The position numbers were made by a program, and so were the translations under genes. The notes below the pieces were generated by a model, which saw only the letters and a program-made list of their open reading frames with translations, did not search any database and was not told the DNA's origin. From Haplodiscus bocki (Eukaryota), in assembly GCA_965655095.1 (NCBI GenBank), contig OZ296648.1, positions 70,432,001-70,496,000 of the forward strand: a stretch of 64,000 bases of DNA. The letters are read 5' to 3'. This document shows, one piece after another, positions 12,922-25,235 of this stretch (within the stretch, counting starts at the first letter, position 1; every line of letters starts with the position of its first letter).

Positions 12922-13214
12922 TTCAAGGACTGAAAATGATCGAAGTAAAGATAAGCAAGCTCAATAAAAATATCGGCCCGAGAGCGCACCCGAAAACTTT
13001 CTATTGTTTGGAAATTTCTGCCTTGGCTGAGTGAATCTCTCCCGGTTAAATTCGCGCTGGCACTGTTATTGTCTTTGAGCTAAAAAAGGCTGACATCCAA
13101 AAGAAGCTTTTGTCGGTTGGTATCAATATATATAGTTTTTAGTTTTTAAGCCAAGTGATGACCGGTCCAGTAAGGTCAGTGAGCTATGTTCGTGAAACAC
13201 TCGGCGTTTCCTTA

Positions 13215-13274
13215 CCCCCCCCCCCCCCCACACACACACACACAAACACACACATAACATACACCACACACACA
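13215..13274. repeat. C15 run followed by imperfect (CA)n microsatellite
   Basis: Directly visible, ~300 bp upstream of the RDH start codon. Confidence 0.95.
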
Positions 13275-14119
13275 GTTTCCGATTCGCCCACTTTTCAGGG
13301 TTCCTGATCGTAGAAAATTCAAATTGCACCAATCGTTTGTTCTGAGTTTTTGGGAAGTTTTGTTGAAAAAATACCAATTTTGAGCTATTTCCGGATCTAT
13401 TTGATACTCCTACACAATTTTTTAATAGGTATTAAAATTTATAAGAACCGTACGTACTGAAGCCAGTATTCGAGGTGGGAAAAACATTAATGAGCCCCTG
13501 GTCAAATATGGGCAGTCAGAAAAACAGGCGTCACGACGCAGCAAGCTGCAGAGCCACCTTACAGTGACAATAACGGTCCCATAAACTGAACGAAAAGAAA
13601 GAAAGACTTTATTTTCCACATACGCATCTTAAATGACATATACACTTGAAAGGAGAAATATCCTGCATATGCACATGTAGAGGACCCTCTATAAGGTCTT
13701 AACCTTTTCGAGAGAGGACCCGAAAGCTCCAAAGCTATGTAGAAGCATTTGTTAGTTTAGTTTCTCAGACTTCGAAATATGAGTTCGGCTAGTGTCTCAG
13801 GGCAGCTGCTGTTTTTTGCTTCTCTTACCTTATGCATTAGTTGGTTTTCTGACCATTGAAGTATGTTATCGGTAGAGTAATAATTTGCAATGAAGTAATT
13901 TAATACTTTCGAACCGCGGTTTTTTATAGACTGCTCTTCTCGCAAGTTCGAAGTACGAAGATGGTAAAAGGCATCCAAAACATAAGCAAGTAGAGGAAGG
14001 ATTTATAAATTGAAACATCGCATTGCATATTTTACTACATCGACTACTTAGAAAATGAATGAGAAATCACCATTGAAGGCTCGTCCAGAAAATACACGAC
14101 AGCCTTCCCTCCTCAATTT

Positions 14120-14390
14120 CATCGAAATTAATGATTCCTCAGAATCGGTCGTCAAACAGAGGGGCAAGCAAAACTAATTTTCTTCCGATTGTAGCTATCG
14201 TCGGATATTTCATCGGACTAGCTATCGTCTTTCTTCGCTGATCTTCGGAGCACGCCGAGATAACCTTGGATACAGAAAAGCCTGAACGTCCTGTGCATGC
14301 AAATACTAGCGGATTGAAAGTGCTATTTTCCAAATTTAGTATTCTTTATCAGTGATTCATCAAACTTGTAAGATTTTTGATAAATTTCAG
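14120..14390 (-). mobile_element. Fragment of a restriction-like-endonuclease (CRE-type) non-LTR retrotransposon C-terminus
   Basis: ENSTFNPLVFACTGRSG resembles the E..F.PLVF..TGG.G motif at the end of CRE/RLE-type ORFs. Confidence 0.6.
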
Positions 14391-14410
14391 GCCAAAATTT
14401 GCAAGTGAAT

Positions 14411-15075
14411 TGTTGTTGTTGTTGTTGAGGCTTTACAGTAAACTGAAGGGAGTTTGATCCCGAGTTCAGTTTAGAAAATTATCCACTTTTCCCTGCAGTT
14501 CTGGCAGTCGCACGCAATCAGCCAGGTGCTGGAGTTGAGTTCGTCCTAGGTAGCTTCCACGACCCTCCAAAATAGCTTGATCAGACGTGTTTTCAGTCCA
14601 ACAGGTTCCTCGAAGTTTGCGTGTTGATTTACTCTGTTTGCCAGACGGAAATTTCTGAACACGAATTCGTTCCTCGCTTTTTCAGTTCTAGTTTTGGGAA
14701 GCTTGAAGACTTCTTTGCTTCTTGAGGGCGCAGTTTGACTTTGTAAAAGAGTCACAGTTGTGGGGTTGCTGGTACAAAAGTTGGTACGAAAGTTTGACAA
14801 GGTAAGCAGGTTCAAAATTTGGATGTGCATAGGCAACGGCAGAATGTTCAGAAAGCGAAGTTGTTGTCCATATTTTCCTGTTCCGCATATCCACTTAACG
14901 GCTCTTTTCTGGAGTTTTCTAGAATGATCATTGACGCTTTTGACAGGTGAATGCACTGGATACCATAGAGAAGAATGGGTAAGACTAGGGATTTATAGAG
15001 TCCGAGTTTGATTCGAGCACCTACAGATTGAGAGACATCTTCTTAGTAAGTAGAGAACACTGTTTGCTTTCGCTG
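14411..15075 (-). mobile_element. 5'-truncated LINE 3' end (CR1/Jockey-group RT C-terminus) with (AAC)n tail
   Basis: ANSVLYLLRR, LQKRAVKWI..YGQQLRFLNILPL, terminal CDCQNCR, 3' UTR hairpin, and (TTG)n at 14411-14427 on plus, i.e. an (AAC)n tail. Confidence 0.8.
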
Positions 15076-16499
15076 AAATTGAAAATCGTCAAACTTTGTA
15101 CTAAAAAACTGGTTCCCAAGACCGCTTAATCCTCAACCATTGTAAGTTTCGACTGGCATCGTGGTTTTGGGCGACCTCGCGGTCGGCAATTTCCATTAAC
15201 AAAGGAAATGAGCATTGCTTTCGTAGATGTTCAAATATTTGCTGTTCTGCCGAATCTTCTGCTGGTAAAACTTCGCATAGTTCATTTCAGTGAGAAGTAA
15301 AACTAAATTCTAATTGAAACGGACTTTCTTGGGAGTTCTATTGTACAAAAATATACTGTTTGTTGAAAAATTTTATCACACCATTTGCACTCTTATCAAC
15401 TTTTTCAAGTTTTCCTTTAACATCTTCAAAATTTCGGTTTTGGGGAACTTCTGGCACGCTGCATTCGTTTGTAATTTTTGACTTGTCAAGTTGCACTTCA
15501 TATAAAAAGCAGAAAACGCTCAACTGGCCCTTCTTTAGAAAGACAAGTCCATTGCAGTGAAACGCATTTCCAAACTTTGTGAAAAAATTCGTTTGCCTGA
15601 CAGTGACCGGTGATTAAGCTGGCAAAAAATTTTCAATCTTGAGCATGTTGGTAGTTTTTGATTCGTTATCCAAACGATGCGTTGGTCTTCCGGATCAATT
15701 GACCAAACAATTCTCGAAAAACTCTTTCGTAACCATCTGTTTTCATATTCAATGGCCACTATGTGTGGACTTAAACAGAGGCAGAATCCGCACTATAGAT
15801 TCACACCCCAGTCTAAAAACTTTGAGCCATTAAAAAAACGTCACTTTTTGGTAAATAGTTTCTCTTTCAATTACCTATACAAAAACCGCTCCAAAACAAA
15901 GGAAAACCGTTATATTTTCATAAATTGATTGTTTTTTATTCACCTACGAAAAATTCGCATCCTGTTTGAGTAAAATGCGTATACATGTTTATAGCTAAAT
16001 ATATTCCTCCAGCGAAAAGGGCTTTGGATTCTACTTCCACTGCTTTAAAAAGTATATTCTGTTTAAGACTAAAAGCACAAACACAGCCACGCTTTACGCT
16101 AGGGATATTTTGCAAGAACATCTTTCGTTGAACAAAAGAGCTTCACTGGCCAACTCTATTGAGCAATCGTGGTAAAGAACGTAATCTGAACCGTTTTTGT
16201 ACAGATTCTCCTGCATGCCATCTTATACACCCTCCCGATCGAAAACGCTATTGAATCGGAGTAATGCACTATGACTTACTGCTAGTGAGACAAGGGATAG
16301 ACTGGATAGGCCTTTCAGGTGACATTACATTGCCGAAAGAGAAAATTTTTTCCCAAACCAGTATCAAACAGATTGTAAATAATAAGAGCTTCATTTTTTC
16401 CCACGAATCTTGGTTGAGAAACAGCTCAAATAAAAATCAATATGGGCATATCAACAACTGATGCGTATTGAAGTGATTTTTTTTAAATTTTACAGTTTC

Positions 16500-19050
16500 A
16501 AACGAGAAACTTTCGGAATACAAGAAAAATAAATCTGTAGAAACAAAATTGGACGTAATTTTGCAATTGGAGAAAGGTTTTTTCAATTTTTACGTCAGCT
16601 TTGAAAAAAGTTTTGTGTAAACTTTCTTTCCGCGTCCTCGCAAATAAAAGTCTAGAGGTTGATTTGTGTGTAGCAGAAGAAAGTACAAATAAAAGAAGGT
16701 GCTGATGTTCTTGGACCAAAAGAACGTTCAAAATACCTTATATATTTATCAAAATACTATGTCCTCTCCATAGATTTTTTTGAATGATTCGATACAAAAC
16801 TTCATAATCTAAAGAATGATGGAAGTAATAGAATGTTTTGTCTGTGAGTTCTCAGATTGAATGCAAAAAAAGGAACCTTTGCCTTATTCTTATTGAAAAG
16901 TGAAACCCAATTGCCTATATCAAACATAATGAACCGAAAAAAAACATCTGAACATTTTATCTTAAAGTTTTTCCAAAGAAAATTTCTTTGATAAAGGTCG
17001 ATGTCATCTATAAACGGTACCACACTCGAAAAGCTCTGCTTGATTTGTGATAATGCAGAGTACGAAGTAAAAGACGTTGCAGTAAATGAAACCTATTGTT
17101 AATCAAAATAAGGAAGGACAATCCAGATTAAAATTTTTGTGAAGCTTGTATTTCTTATTTTCTGAATCAGTTTAAAATTTAAAGAAACATCCAGCTTACC
17201 ATTTTGCAAAAAAAAGATCAAATACGAGATAATATTGGCTTCTGTCTTTGTCGTGAAAGTAGAAAAACTTTTCATCAAATTGTTTTTCGGCATACTCATG
17301 ATAAATATTCAACATTGCTTTTAATTCCGTTTATAGAAAAAAACTTGAACTATGTCAAATGCAAAAAAAATTGGAAATCTTTTTCCCAACAATGAGTAAT
17401 TGTTAACTTGAGGTAGCAATAATCTTTCTTCTTTTGGCGGTTTTCTGTGCAATTCACCAACAAAAACTTTCCAATTTTGAAAATAAGATCTCGTGATGAG
17501 AAGAAGTCTATCAACTACTTTTTCAGGAAGTAAGAATTTACATCTGAAACAAACAAAATCAGAAGATCTCCTACGAAAACCTAGATGACTTTTTTTCGTA
17601 ATAATTTTGTGTACTTCCATGAATGATCTTATTGGGATAAAAATCACAAAACAGACAGGAGTGAAAGTTTTTGCTTACGAGTTGAAATATTTCCTTGTGA
17701 TTTTCAGACTAAACATAACAGGCAAAACTTTTACAAGTCACTTTCTGCCAATGAAGTCTAAAACTAAACTTAACAGAAGGCTTTGAAGGAGGTTTTTAAT
17801 AAACTAATTCTGCTGTTTTTACACCAATCAGTTTTGGATATTTTTCTCTTTGTTGATAAAAATCGCGTCCCGGTTGTACATGTATATGTATTTTCATGTC
17901 TATGATACCATCTTGTTTCGTTTGTAGACAAGCAAACTAATTTCTTTTTCTCAAAAATCCTCGAATTGAACTATAGATTGAGCTTCTGAAGCCGAAACTT
18001 AGAATCAAAAGAAACATTACGCCTAACAAACAAAATGTATTGTTACACGTTTTGGAAAAAAAATAACAATGATCCGGAATTAACTCAAAAACAAACACCA
18101 AAACAACTGGGAACCTCATATTCTGGAGACAAAAGATACAGAAAAGATGAGAAAATGGATGGTGTGTACTAAAAGAAATGGGACCAACGTCAATTCCCAA
18201 AAACTTTCTGTGAACACGTCCCTGACAAAAAGCGGGAGAAGCAACACTGAGAAAACCATTTTTTCCAGTAAAGTGTTACTTGGTAAATTTTTTACAACTC
18301 CCAAAAAGATTGAATTTGTAAAATCAATTAAAAACCACCCATAAACTCAATCAAATAGGTTGATAAAAATGTTGACAAAAAGTCAAATGAATCTTACAAA
18401 ACAAATTCTCGAATGAAAACAAACGCATGAAACCAGAAAATTTTTTTCTGAAGAAGCAAAAAAATTAGATTTGATGGGTGAAACAATCGAAGATGTTGAT
18501 CGAAAAATTTAGACATAAAGACAGAAAAAAAATAATCTTCTGGCTGATAAAACAAGATTTTCAAACAAAAAATCCACGAAGTTCGAAACAAATAAACAGT
18601 ATTGAAAACTTTATAAAAGCAGACGGAGTCAGAAAAGGAGAAAACAAAACTCAAATAAATATAGATAAGTAACCACTAGAGCAAAAACAATAAAAAAAGA
18701 ATCTATTTTTTACCAAATATTCTGTAATTTGTGTTCAGAGAACAATTCATGATAAATATCCAACTGTAAATGTCTTGTAGTACATTACTCCAGTTGTGAT
18801 AAGTTTTCCAGAAGTGAATTTTATGATAAAGTAGCTACAGAACATAAACTAGCAGGCACATACATTGATAAACTCATTTTATCACTATATCAAACTGTAA
18901 CTCCAATAAAGAAGAATCCGAACACTTAAATGCAAGATACAGTAAAATAAGATCTGTGAAAGGAAATCTGAACGTTTTGACAAAAGAAATTAAATCTCGA
19001 ATGACGTTAGGAAATTGAGGGAAGAAGTAGAGGGAATTTTAAAAACATTT
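16500..19050. mobile_element. Heavily decayed Maverick/Polinton-like integrase relics, apparently two in opposite orientation
   Basis: Minus ~16500-17480: VFVGELHRKPPK, MFDIGNWVSLF, KAD..K.TFS. Plus ~18200-18680: similar C-terminal integrase-like words. Recognised by eye through many frameshifts. Confidence 0.45.
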
Positions 19051-19196
19051 GATCTATTTAGTTTTAAGGTTCGTTCTGTTGAAACTAAAAAACAAGTACT
19101 TTATAAGAAAGTTTTCTTCACAACTTTGAGGGAAAGGATGAAGTCCTGATAAAAAAAATTTATCTCGCACAAAAGGCGAAGATGAGGATTTGAAAT

Positions 19197-19396
19197 NNNN
19201 NNNNNNNNNNNNNNNNNNNNNNNNNNNNNNNNNNNNNNNNNNNNNNNNNNNNNNNNNNNNNNNNNNNNNNNNNNNNNNNNNNNNNNNNNNNNNNNNNNNN
19301 NNNNNNNNNNNNNNNNNNNNNNNNNNNNNNNNNNNNNNNNNNNNNNNNNNNNNNNNNNNNNNNNNNNNNNNNNNNNNNNNNNNNNNNNNNNNNNNN
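19197..19396. other. Assembly gap (200 N)
   Basis: Exactly 200 N, a fixed-size scaffolding gap; true size unknown. Confidence 1.
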
Positions 19397-20539
19397 TACA
19401 AAAAACGCCAAAAATACAAGAAACCAGGAATGGCCACAATGGGCGCCGCCGTATGGCTGGAAATACTTATAGGACGAACTTGATTTTGGCGTTAGAAAAA
19501 AAACTATTTGGTATAGTTTTGGTATAAAACATAAGAAAACAGCCTAAGCTGGGATTCAAACCCACTATCTGTCGATTCGTTATATTTCATACGGAGTTAT
19601 TTTTCATATCAAAGAAAAACTTTTGACAGAAGATCCAATCTTTTTGAAAAGTGAATTTTTGGTATAGTTTGCGGTATAAAATGCTTTTTCCTGAGAATTG
19701 TCAGGAGTTCGTACTTTCATGCAAGAGTTTAGTAAACTCTCGATTATCCGCCAGTCAATTTTCCCGCATTGGCAGACCTAAATGCCGGAAATTCAAGTGG
19801 CGGATAATGGAGAGAAAACCTGGTAGTGCATTTTTTTGAAACCGTAGTTTTTGTTGTAGAATATAACGCAGAAAATCAAAAGAAAGATTCAGTGAAGCCT
19901 CGATCATTCAGTGTCGTCTCTCTTCTCTGTTTTATAAACTAGCAAAATCTTCAATTCTAGAAAAACATTTCGAAACAAAATCAAATGCACAAAAGATTCA
20001 AGGTATCAAGCGCTGACAAACTAGCCATCGATAAAAGAACGGAGACAGCCAGGCAATTCTATTTAAAGTGATCCATAAATTTAGACTATAAAATAGTGAT
20101 TTCAAATTCAAAAACTCCTGTATAAAATTAGGCAAGTTTGAACGCTCATTTTTCAGACTTGACTATCGCAGCATCTAAAGCCTTATTTTTTCACAATATT
20201 CTTCGGCAAACGAATGCAAAACCCAAAATTCAGTCCCAGCGAATCGTTTGTAATACGTGAATTTCTGAACCAGAGTATGAACACAGAGCAAAGCGGAACC
20301 TCGCGAAAAATTCTGATTTGTCTGTTGAGATCACAGATCATGAACAAATCGAAGACCCTGAGATATTTGAACCTTAGCGGATGCTTGATTGACTCTTTTA
20401 GAAATACTACACCATAAGTCTATCAAAACGCTTTTCGGAAAAGTCGAAAACAAGAACCTGTAACAGTGTCTGATACTCGAAAAGTTGATCTGTCAAGCAC
20501 GGCTTTTTAGATTTGCTATTTTGCAGCCCATTGTTTAAA

Positions 20540-21000
20540 AGACTTACAGAGTAGAGAGAGATAGAGCGTCTGTTAATAAAATTGTCCGATGTACAATAAA
20601 GAATTGTAAGATCTTTCCATTTTGAAGTCAAACTCTTGTTTATTTTTACTTGTTACAGCTATATCTTCATGATTTGGTATCCCCCTTTTTATTTTTGAGA
20701 AGTCTTCCTTTTTGAGGTCGGTTAGTGGTTTAGAGTAATCACTAAACTTTTGAAAAGTTCATTTTATCATTATGTAATTTTATTTCATAAGTAGAGGCTA
20801 ATTTTTCAGTAAATACCTTCCATTTATCTCCAAACACTTTTTTTGGTATGGGTGAATATTTCCTGTGGGGACTTCTCGTTTGTACCAAGAGCTTTAACAA
20901 TTGTATCAAGACTCATATTCAATAAATTTAAAGAATCAATCAATCTTAATTGCCCATGAGTTAAGGACATAAATCTTTTGTCAGTTTTTTGGGATGAAAT
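20540..21000 (-). pseudogene. Protein-primed DNA polymerase B (Maverick/adintovirus-type) exonuclease-region fragment
   Basis: QKTDKRFMSLTHGQLRLIDSLNLLNMSLDTIVKAL (ExoII-proximal RFIDS.F...SLD motif), FGDKWKVFTEKLASTYE, DYSKPLTDLKKEDFSKIK, KDLTILYCTSD (ExoIII LY..SDV). Confidence 0.82.
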
Positions 21001-21179
21001 TAAAAGGTACTAAAGGTCTCAATGTAAGGGAATAGCGAATCAGGCTTTTGGCTTTTGAGGTTTTTCATGAGAAATTACTTTCACTTCCAAAGCTGTCCCT
21101 TGCTTTGCGACAGCTGATTTCACTTCATTCTTTTTGTCCAATTTTTCGTAGAGCAACGATCTAGGGTGTCTGAATTGGC

Positions 21180-21710
21180 TGAAGTGCTCACAAGTATGGT
21201 TTCAGGGGTATCCTATGGCTGTTCCTAATTTTTCTCCTCACAGTCAGTCTGACGTGGGTGGCTATGTTTTGCAGTTCGTTTTCTGATTCGGAAACTGAGA
21301 TAGTTTTTCTATGATCAGGCTTCCATCGGTCAAGGCAAGACCTCCCAGAACAGTCTTTGAAAGCTCCATCAGCGTAAGTATTGGACAACACCTGAGACAA
21401 TGAACAACACTCTGACGCCCCGTGTATTGATCATGGGATATTTTTGTTAGCGTCTGTTCAGTAACCAGTTTCTCCGTCGTAGATATCTGCAGGTGGCTCT
21501 AAGCATCAATCAAAGCTACTTCGGTTCTTTAGCGGTCAAACATGACTCTCTCGAACGCTTTGAGGAAGTAAATGAAACATATATAAGTATCCTTAGTCTT
21601 TTCAAGCGGCTCAAGGACAAGAGTCTCAATGAAGCAGTTCTATATTGGTTCAACCTTCGGGAAGCCATATTGGGATTCTTGGAGTTGTCCATTCAGAGAG
21701 CTTGAGATAC
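21180..21710 (-). mobile_element. RTE-clade LINE reverse transcriptase fragment
   Basis: QLQESQYGF, KDTYICF..KAFERV, GVR..CSLS.VLSNTYAD, SESENELQ in decayed frames. Confidence 0.65.
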
Positions 21711-21719
21711 TCAATCAAA

Positions 21720-22960
21720 GAATAAAGAATCTTGCATAAAACCTTTATTGCATGATTAATTTGTGCATTTATGCTGTGTTGTTTGCTTTTCTGCGTTTGA
21801 TTTTTCTGGAAGCTCCTACGAAACCGACAGAAGCCACTCTCTTGGCCTTGAGTGGCCTCGAAATGTTCAATTGACGAATTTACAAATGTTTTCGTGTACA
21901 GATTCGAGTGTAGCGTTCATCAACTCGATCTGAATTTTGTCGTTTTCTGGGGGTGCACCATTTTTGAGGCTTTTTAGAGCTTTCTTAATTCGATTTTTCT
22001 AAAAATTCGAAAGAGATTGCTCGCTTATGGATGTCCTTTTGTAACTATGGTACAGATTGCAAATACTGCTTCCACTGGGCATTTCTTTGATTGTTGTCAG
22101 AAAGCATATGGCCTTTTCTATCCAAAATATTTTTTCCTGCTGTTATGTGCCGCTTTGTCAAAAGTTTTTTGCTTTCGTTATACATATTCTTGCTGTCATA
22201 AAGTTCACAGGGAACCTCTATCCATTGGTAATTGAATGAGGGTATTTTCGCTTTCTCATTGCAACGCTTTGCACGAATTGTTGGTATACGAAATTAATTT
22301 ATTAATGAGTGCCCGATATGGCTCTTTGATCCATTTCGTTGGTCATCTAGTTCCCTTTTGTGTTTTGGCGTACTCAAGTAACATGCTTCATGGCAGCCGT
22401 AATGGTCTTCAAAACCGACTTTTTTTGTTGCTTTAACGTCGACAAATTTTGTCGGAAAATCGCTAATCTTTCAGCGCGTCGCATCAAACAGTAATCTACT
22501 CTTTTCTGGAGGCTGTGTAATGTATGAGCCTACGCGTCTGACCACTGTCGCTTCTTCAGCTGTAGTTCTTTGGTTGCATGCTCTGGAACGTGTTTTTAAG
22601 AATCAAACGAATCCTTTGGTGAAAATCTATCAGCATGTCTCCGTTGTGGTTTCTACTGACATTGCCAAACTTTGCACAAACATTCAGTACCGCTTCCGTT
22701 GCCGATTTTCCAGTTGAAGTCTCCCATTATGACCACTTGTTTCTTTTCGAATCCGATTTTCTTCATGAGTTTGAAGTTCGTCAGAAGTTTCGTTGTTCCC
22801 ATTCACATCCTTTCTGATGTCCGAGGTTCTGATGTCAGAAGTTTCGTTGTTCCCATTCACATCCTTTCTGATGTACGAAGGAGTACCGGAGCTGAATTTG
22901 AAGGGGGGTCTAGTCAAGACTTCCTTCGTAATTTATATGCAGGCTTGAATGCACTTTGAG
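21720..22960 (-). mobile_element. Decayed APE-type LINE fragment (endonuclease to early RT) with a 54-bp-period internal duplication
   Basis: VVIMGDFNW at ~22710-22737. 41-bp direct repeat at 22780-22820 and 22834-22874. Confidence 0.65.
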
Positions 22961-23343
22961 CGTTTTTTATTTAAAAAATGCTGGAGTTTTGGGCTGTCTT
23001 TATAATTTGTTAGTGGAGTAGCTCATTATTTATCCGTTGCCCTAACAGCCTCCTAGGCTGTCAACACTGTGCAGCAGAATAGTTCTGCAAAAGTGTCTTC
23101 GAGGTTTAACCTTTGCTGTTCTTCTAGTTTCAAGTTCCTCGATTGTTCACGAAGACGGTTTTGTAGCAATTTGAAAGTGAATTTAAGAATTAAGAATTGT
23201 CTCTTATTCGCTGACATGTATGTTCGAGCCCCGCCGGGGCTTGTTTTGAAAGGGTGCGACCTTTGCAATTTCAATATGAATTGGAAGTCAACCGGCGGTT
23301 TTTGAATAAAAACCAATGTGCGTAACCTGTTACTGCGTTTCAG

Positions 23344-23607
23344 GATCAACGTCACGGCAGTGCTTCATTACAATCCCATCAACGAAGTGGTTAAGTTTCC
23401 AGTTATGGCCGAGATGTCATGGCCTTGTTTGGCCCTGGATAACTCGGTGGCCTTCAAACTGACCCACGTGGGGGAATTGTCCGTATCCAAGATGGAGCTG
23501 AAAAACCCAACAGACAGTCCAGTGGTGCTGCAAATAATTCCACAATCTCTGTATCACAATATGTACAAAGTTCTAGAAGTCATATCAAGCACGTCTTCAT
23601 CTTCTGC
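23344..23607 (+). CDS. TMEM131: TMEM131-like, internal exon A
   Basis: tttcag acceptor, gtaagc donor. VMAEMSWPCL..FKLTHVGELSVSKMELKNPTDSPVVLQIIPQSLY matches the TMEM131 AELSWP..FPLT..LENPADVPVYVQFIPLALY region. Ends in phase 2. Confidence 0.9.
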
Positions 23608-24210
23608 GTAAGCTTCCATTTTTTACTCAGCGATTTTATACTCACTGTTTTTTCTCATTTTTTTAACTCACAGTGGCTGATTTCTGTGACCTTGTATACG
23701 ACGAGAATGAAAAATCCATTTGTGCACATTCAAAAGAATGTCAGATCGAAAGAGCACATACCACCAACTAAAAGTGCACGAAGACATACGAATTTTCAAA
23801 ACACAAAAAGGTTCTCTATATAGGATTTGCCGGACCATGAAACACTTTTTTTCTATAAAAATGGTCATAGATACCCTTTAATATACCAGAAATTTCAAAG
23901 CATCAAAAATTCCCCGAGCAGTATTTAGAGCGTCGTGGGCGGTTCCCCGCTTGTTTGTCATTGGAAGAGAATTTAACCTTCGTTGGCTGTTATTTGTTGA
24001 TGTTTTTTCTTTTGAGATACATGGTTTCTATGGTATTTGTTTTCCATGAAGAACAAATCGGGAAACTAATGCTGCCTTTTTAGAGAATTTTTTCTAAATA
24101 TAGAGACCCCAAGATGTGTTTTTATTTTTGAGCGACGAGATCTTCAGATTAACCTTTCACATTGGTTCACTCTTAGTTTTGGTCGCTAGCTGAAGCTTTT
24201 GCTTTAACAG

Positions 24211-24283
24211 AGAGGAGAAACAAGGGAGCGCCCAAGAATCACTGTCCGAAAAGTTCTATTTGACAAACTCCGAAGAGATGAAT
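24211..24283 (+). CDS. TMEM131: TMEM131-like, small 73-nt exon (not in ORF track)
   Basis: ctttaacag acceptor, gtaagt donor. Open frame EEKQGSAQESLSEKFYLTNSEEMN. Length 1+72 exactly converts phase 2 (exon A) to phase 0 (next exon). Confidence 0.8.
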
Positions 24284-24889
24284 GTAAGTTAAGTTTTTTG
24301 GCATTAAGCTGATTAGCTGAAGCCCTATAGATTTTACTTTCTTCTTTGCCTTATCGCGCCTTTTCATGCCTCTTTCGCAAATCGATTCGTGATTGGCCGA
24401 GTGAGAGACAAAGTGAAGGGAAATAATGTCTACTTATTTTTTCCATTTTTATTTACTTTCGCTTCGAAGTAAATTGAAATCACTCAAAGTGAACAAACAA
24501 TTAGAAAGAAATAATCCTGCTTTACTTTATCGCTTTTTACGTCACTATTCACTCTTCTTTTTCAAGGCGTGTAGTAATTAATTCAAATTTCTCAAATTAG
24601 TCATATTAATTCGCATCTTCCACTTTTTCAAAATTATTAGGCAGTTTTTGCTGATTTGCTCTATTCATATTCCTATGCTTATTTCTTAGAGCTGAATAAT
24701 GCCTAGCATCCTTGATGTCTATATTTTAATTATCTATCAAAAAATTTCAGAACTATTTCAGAATGTTTTGAATTCATTCTGTCAGCTAGAACTTTCGATA
24801 GTTTTAATGACCATTTAAGATGAGACGGTCGATCGAATGGTTTTTGATGTTGAAATTTACTTATGGTTTTGTGCCTTTTTTGAATGTAG

Positions 24890-25235
24890 AAAGCATCCAA
24901 CAACCCAGCGATCCGGTTCCGTGCAGATCTGGAGCAGCGTCTGGATGTGAAGCCCAGCAAGCAAGCTTTGTCTTTCATCCTACAGCCTTTGCAACACTTG
25001 TCAGTGTCTGTAACTTACAATGCATCGGAACCCGGAGAACACCAGTCAATGTTCTTCGTCCGAAACAATCTTACTGTGGTTGAAGTGGTGACAGTCTCTG
25101 GAATGGCCGTTCATCTCAATTTAACTCTGGATGGAATTTATCCCCTGGTTACTCAAGACCAATACGAAAACGTATCATTGGCTAAGCCTATAGTGTTTGA
25201 CTTGAAACCCAATTATTTGGCCGAACATTGTAATG
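24890..25235 (+). CDS. TMEM131: TMEM131-like, internal exon
   Basis: gtag acceptor, G|gtacgt donor. Contains FFVRNNLTVVEVVTVSG (diagnostic RNNLT motif). Phase 0 to 1. Confidence 0.92.

Noticed and set aside
19054-19483. ORFs spanning poly-X
   Set aside because: Artefacts of the 200-N gap.
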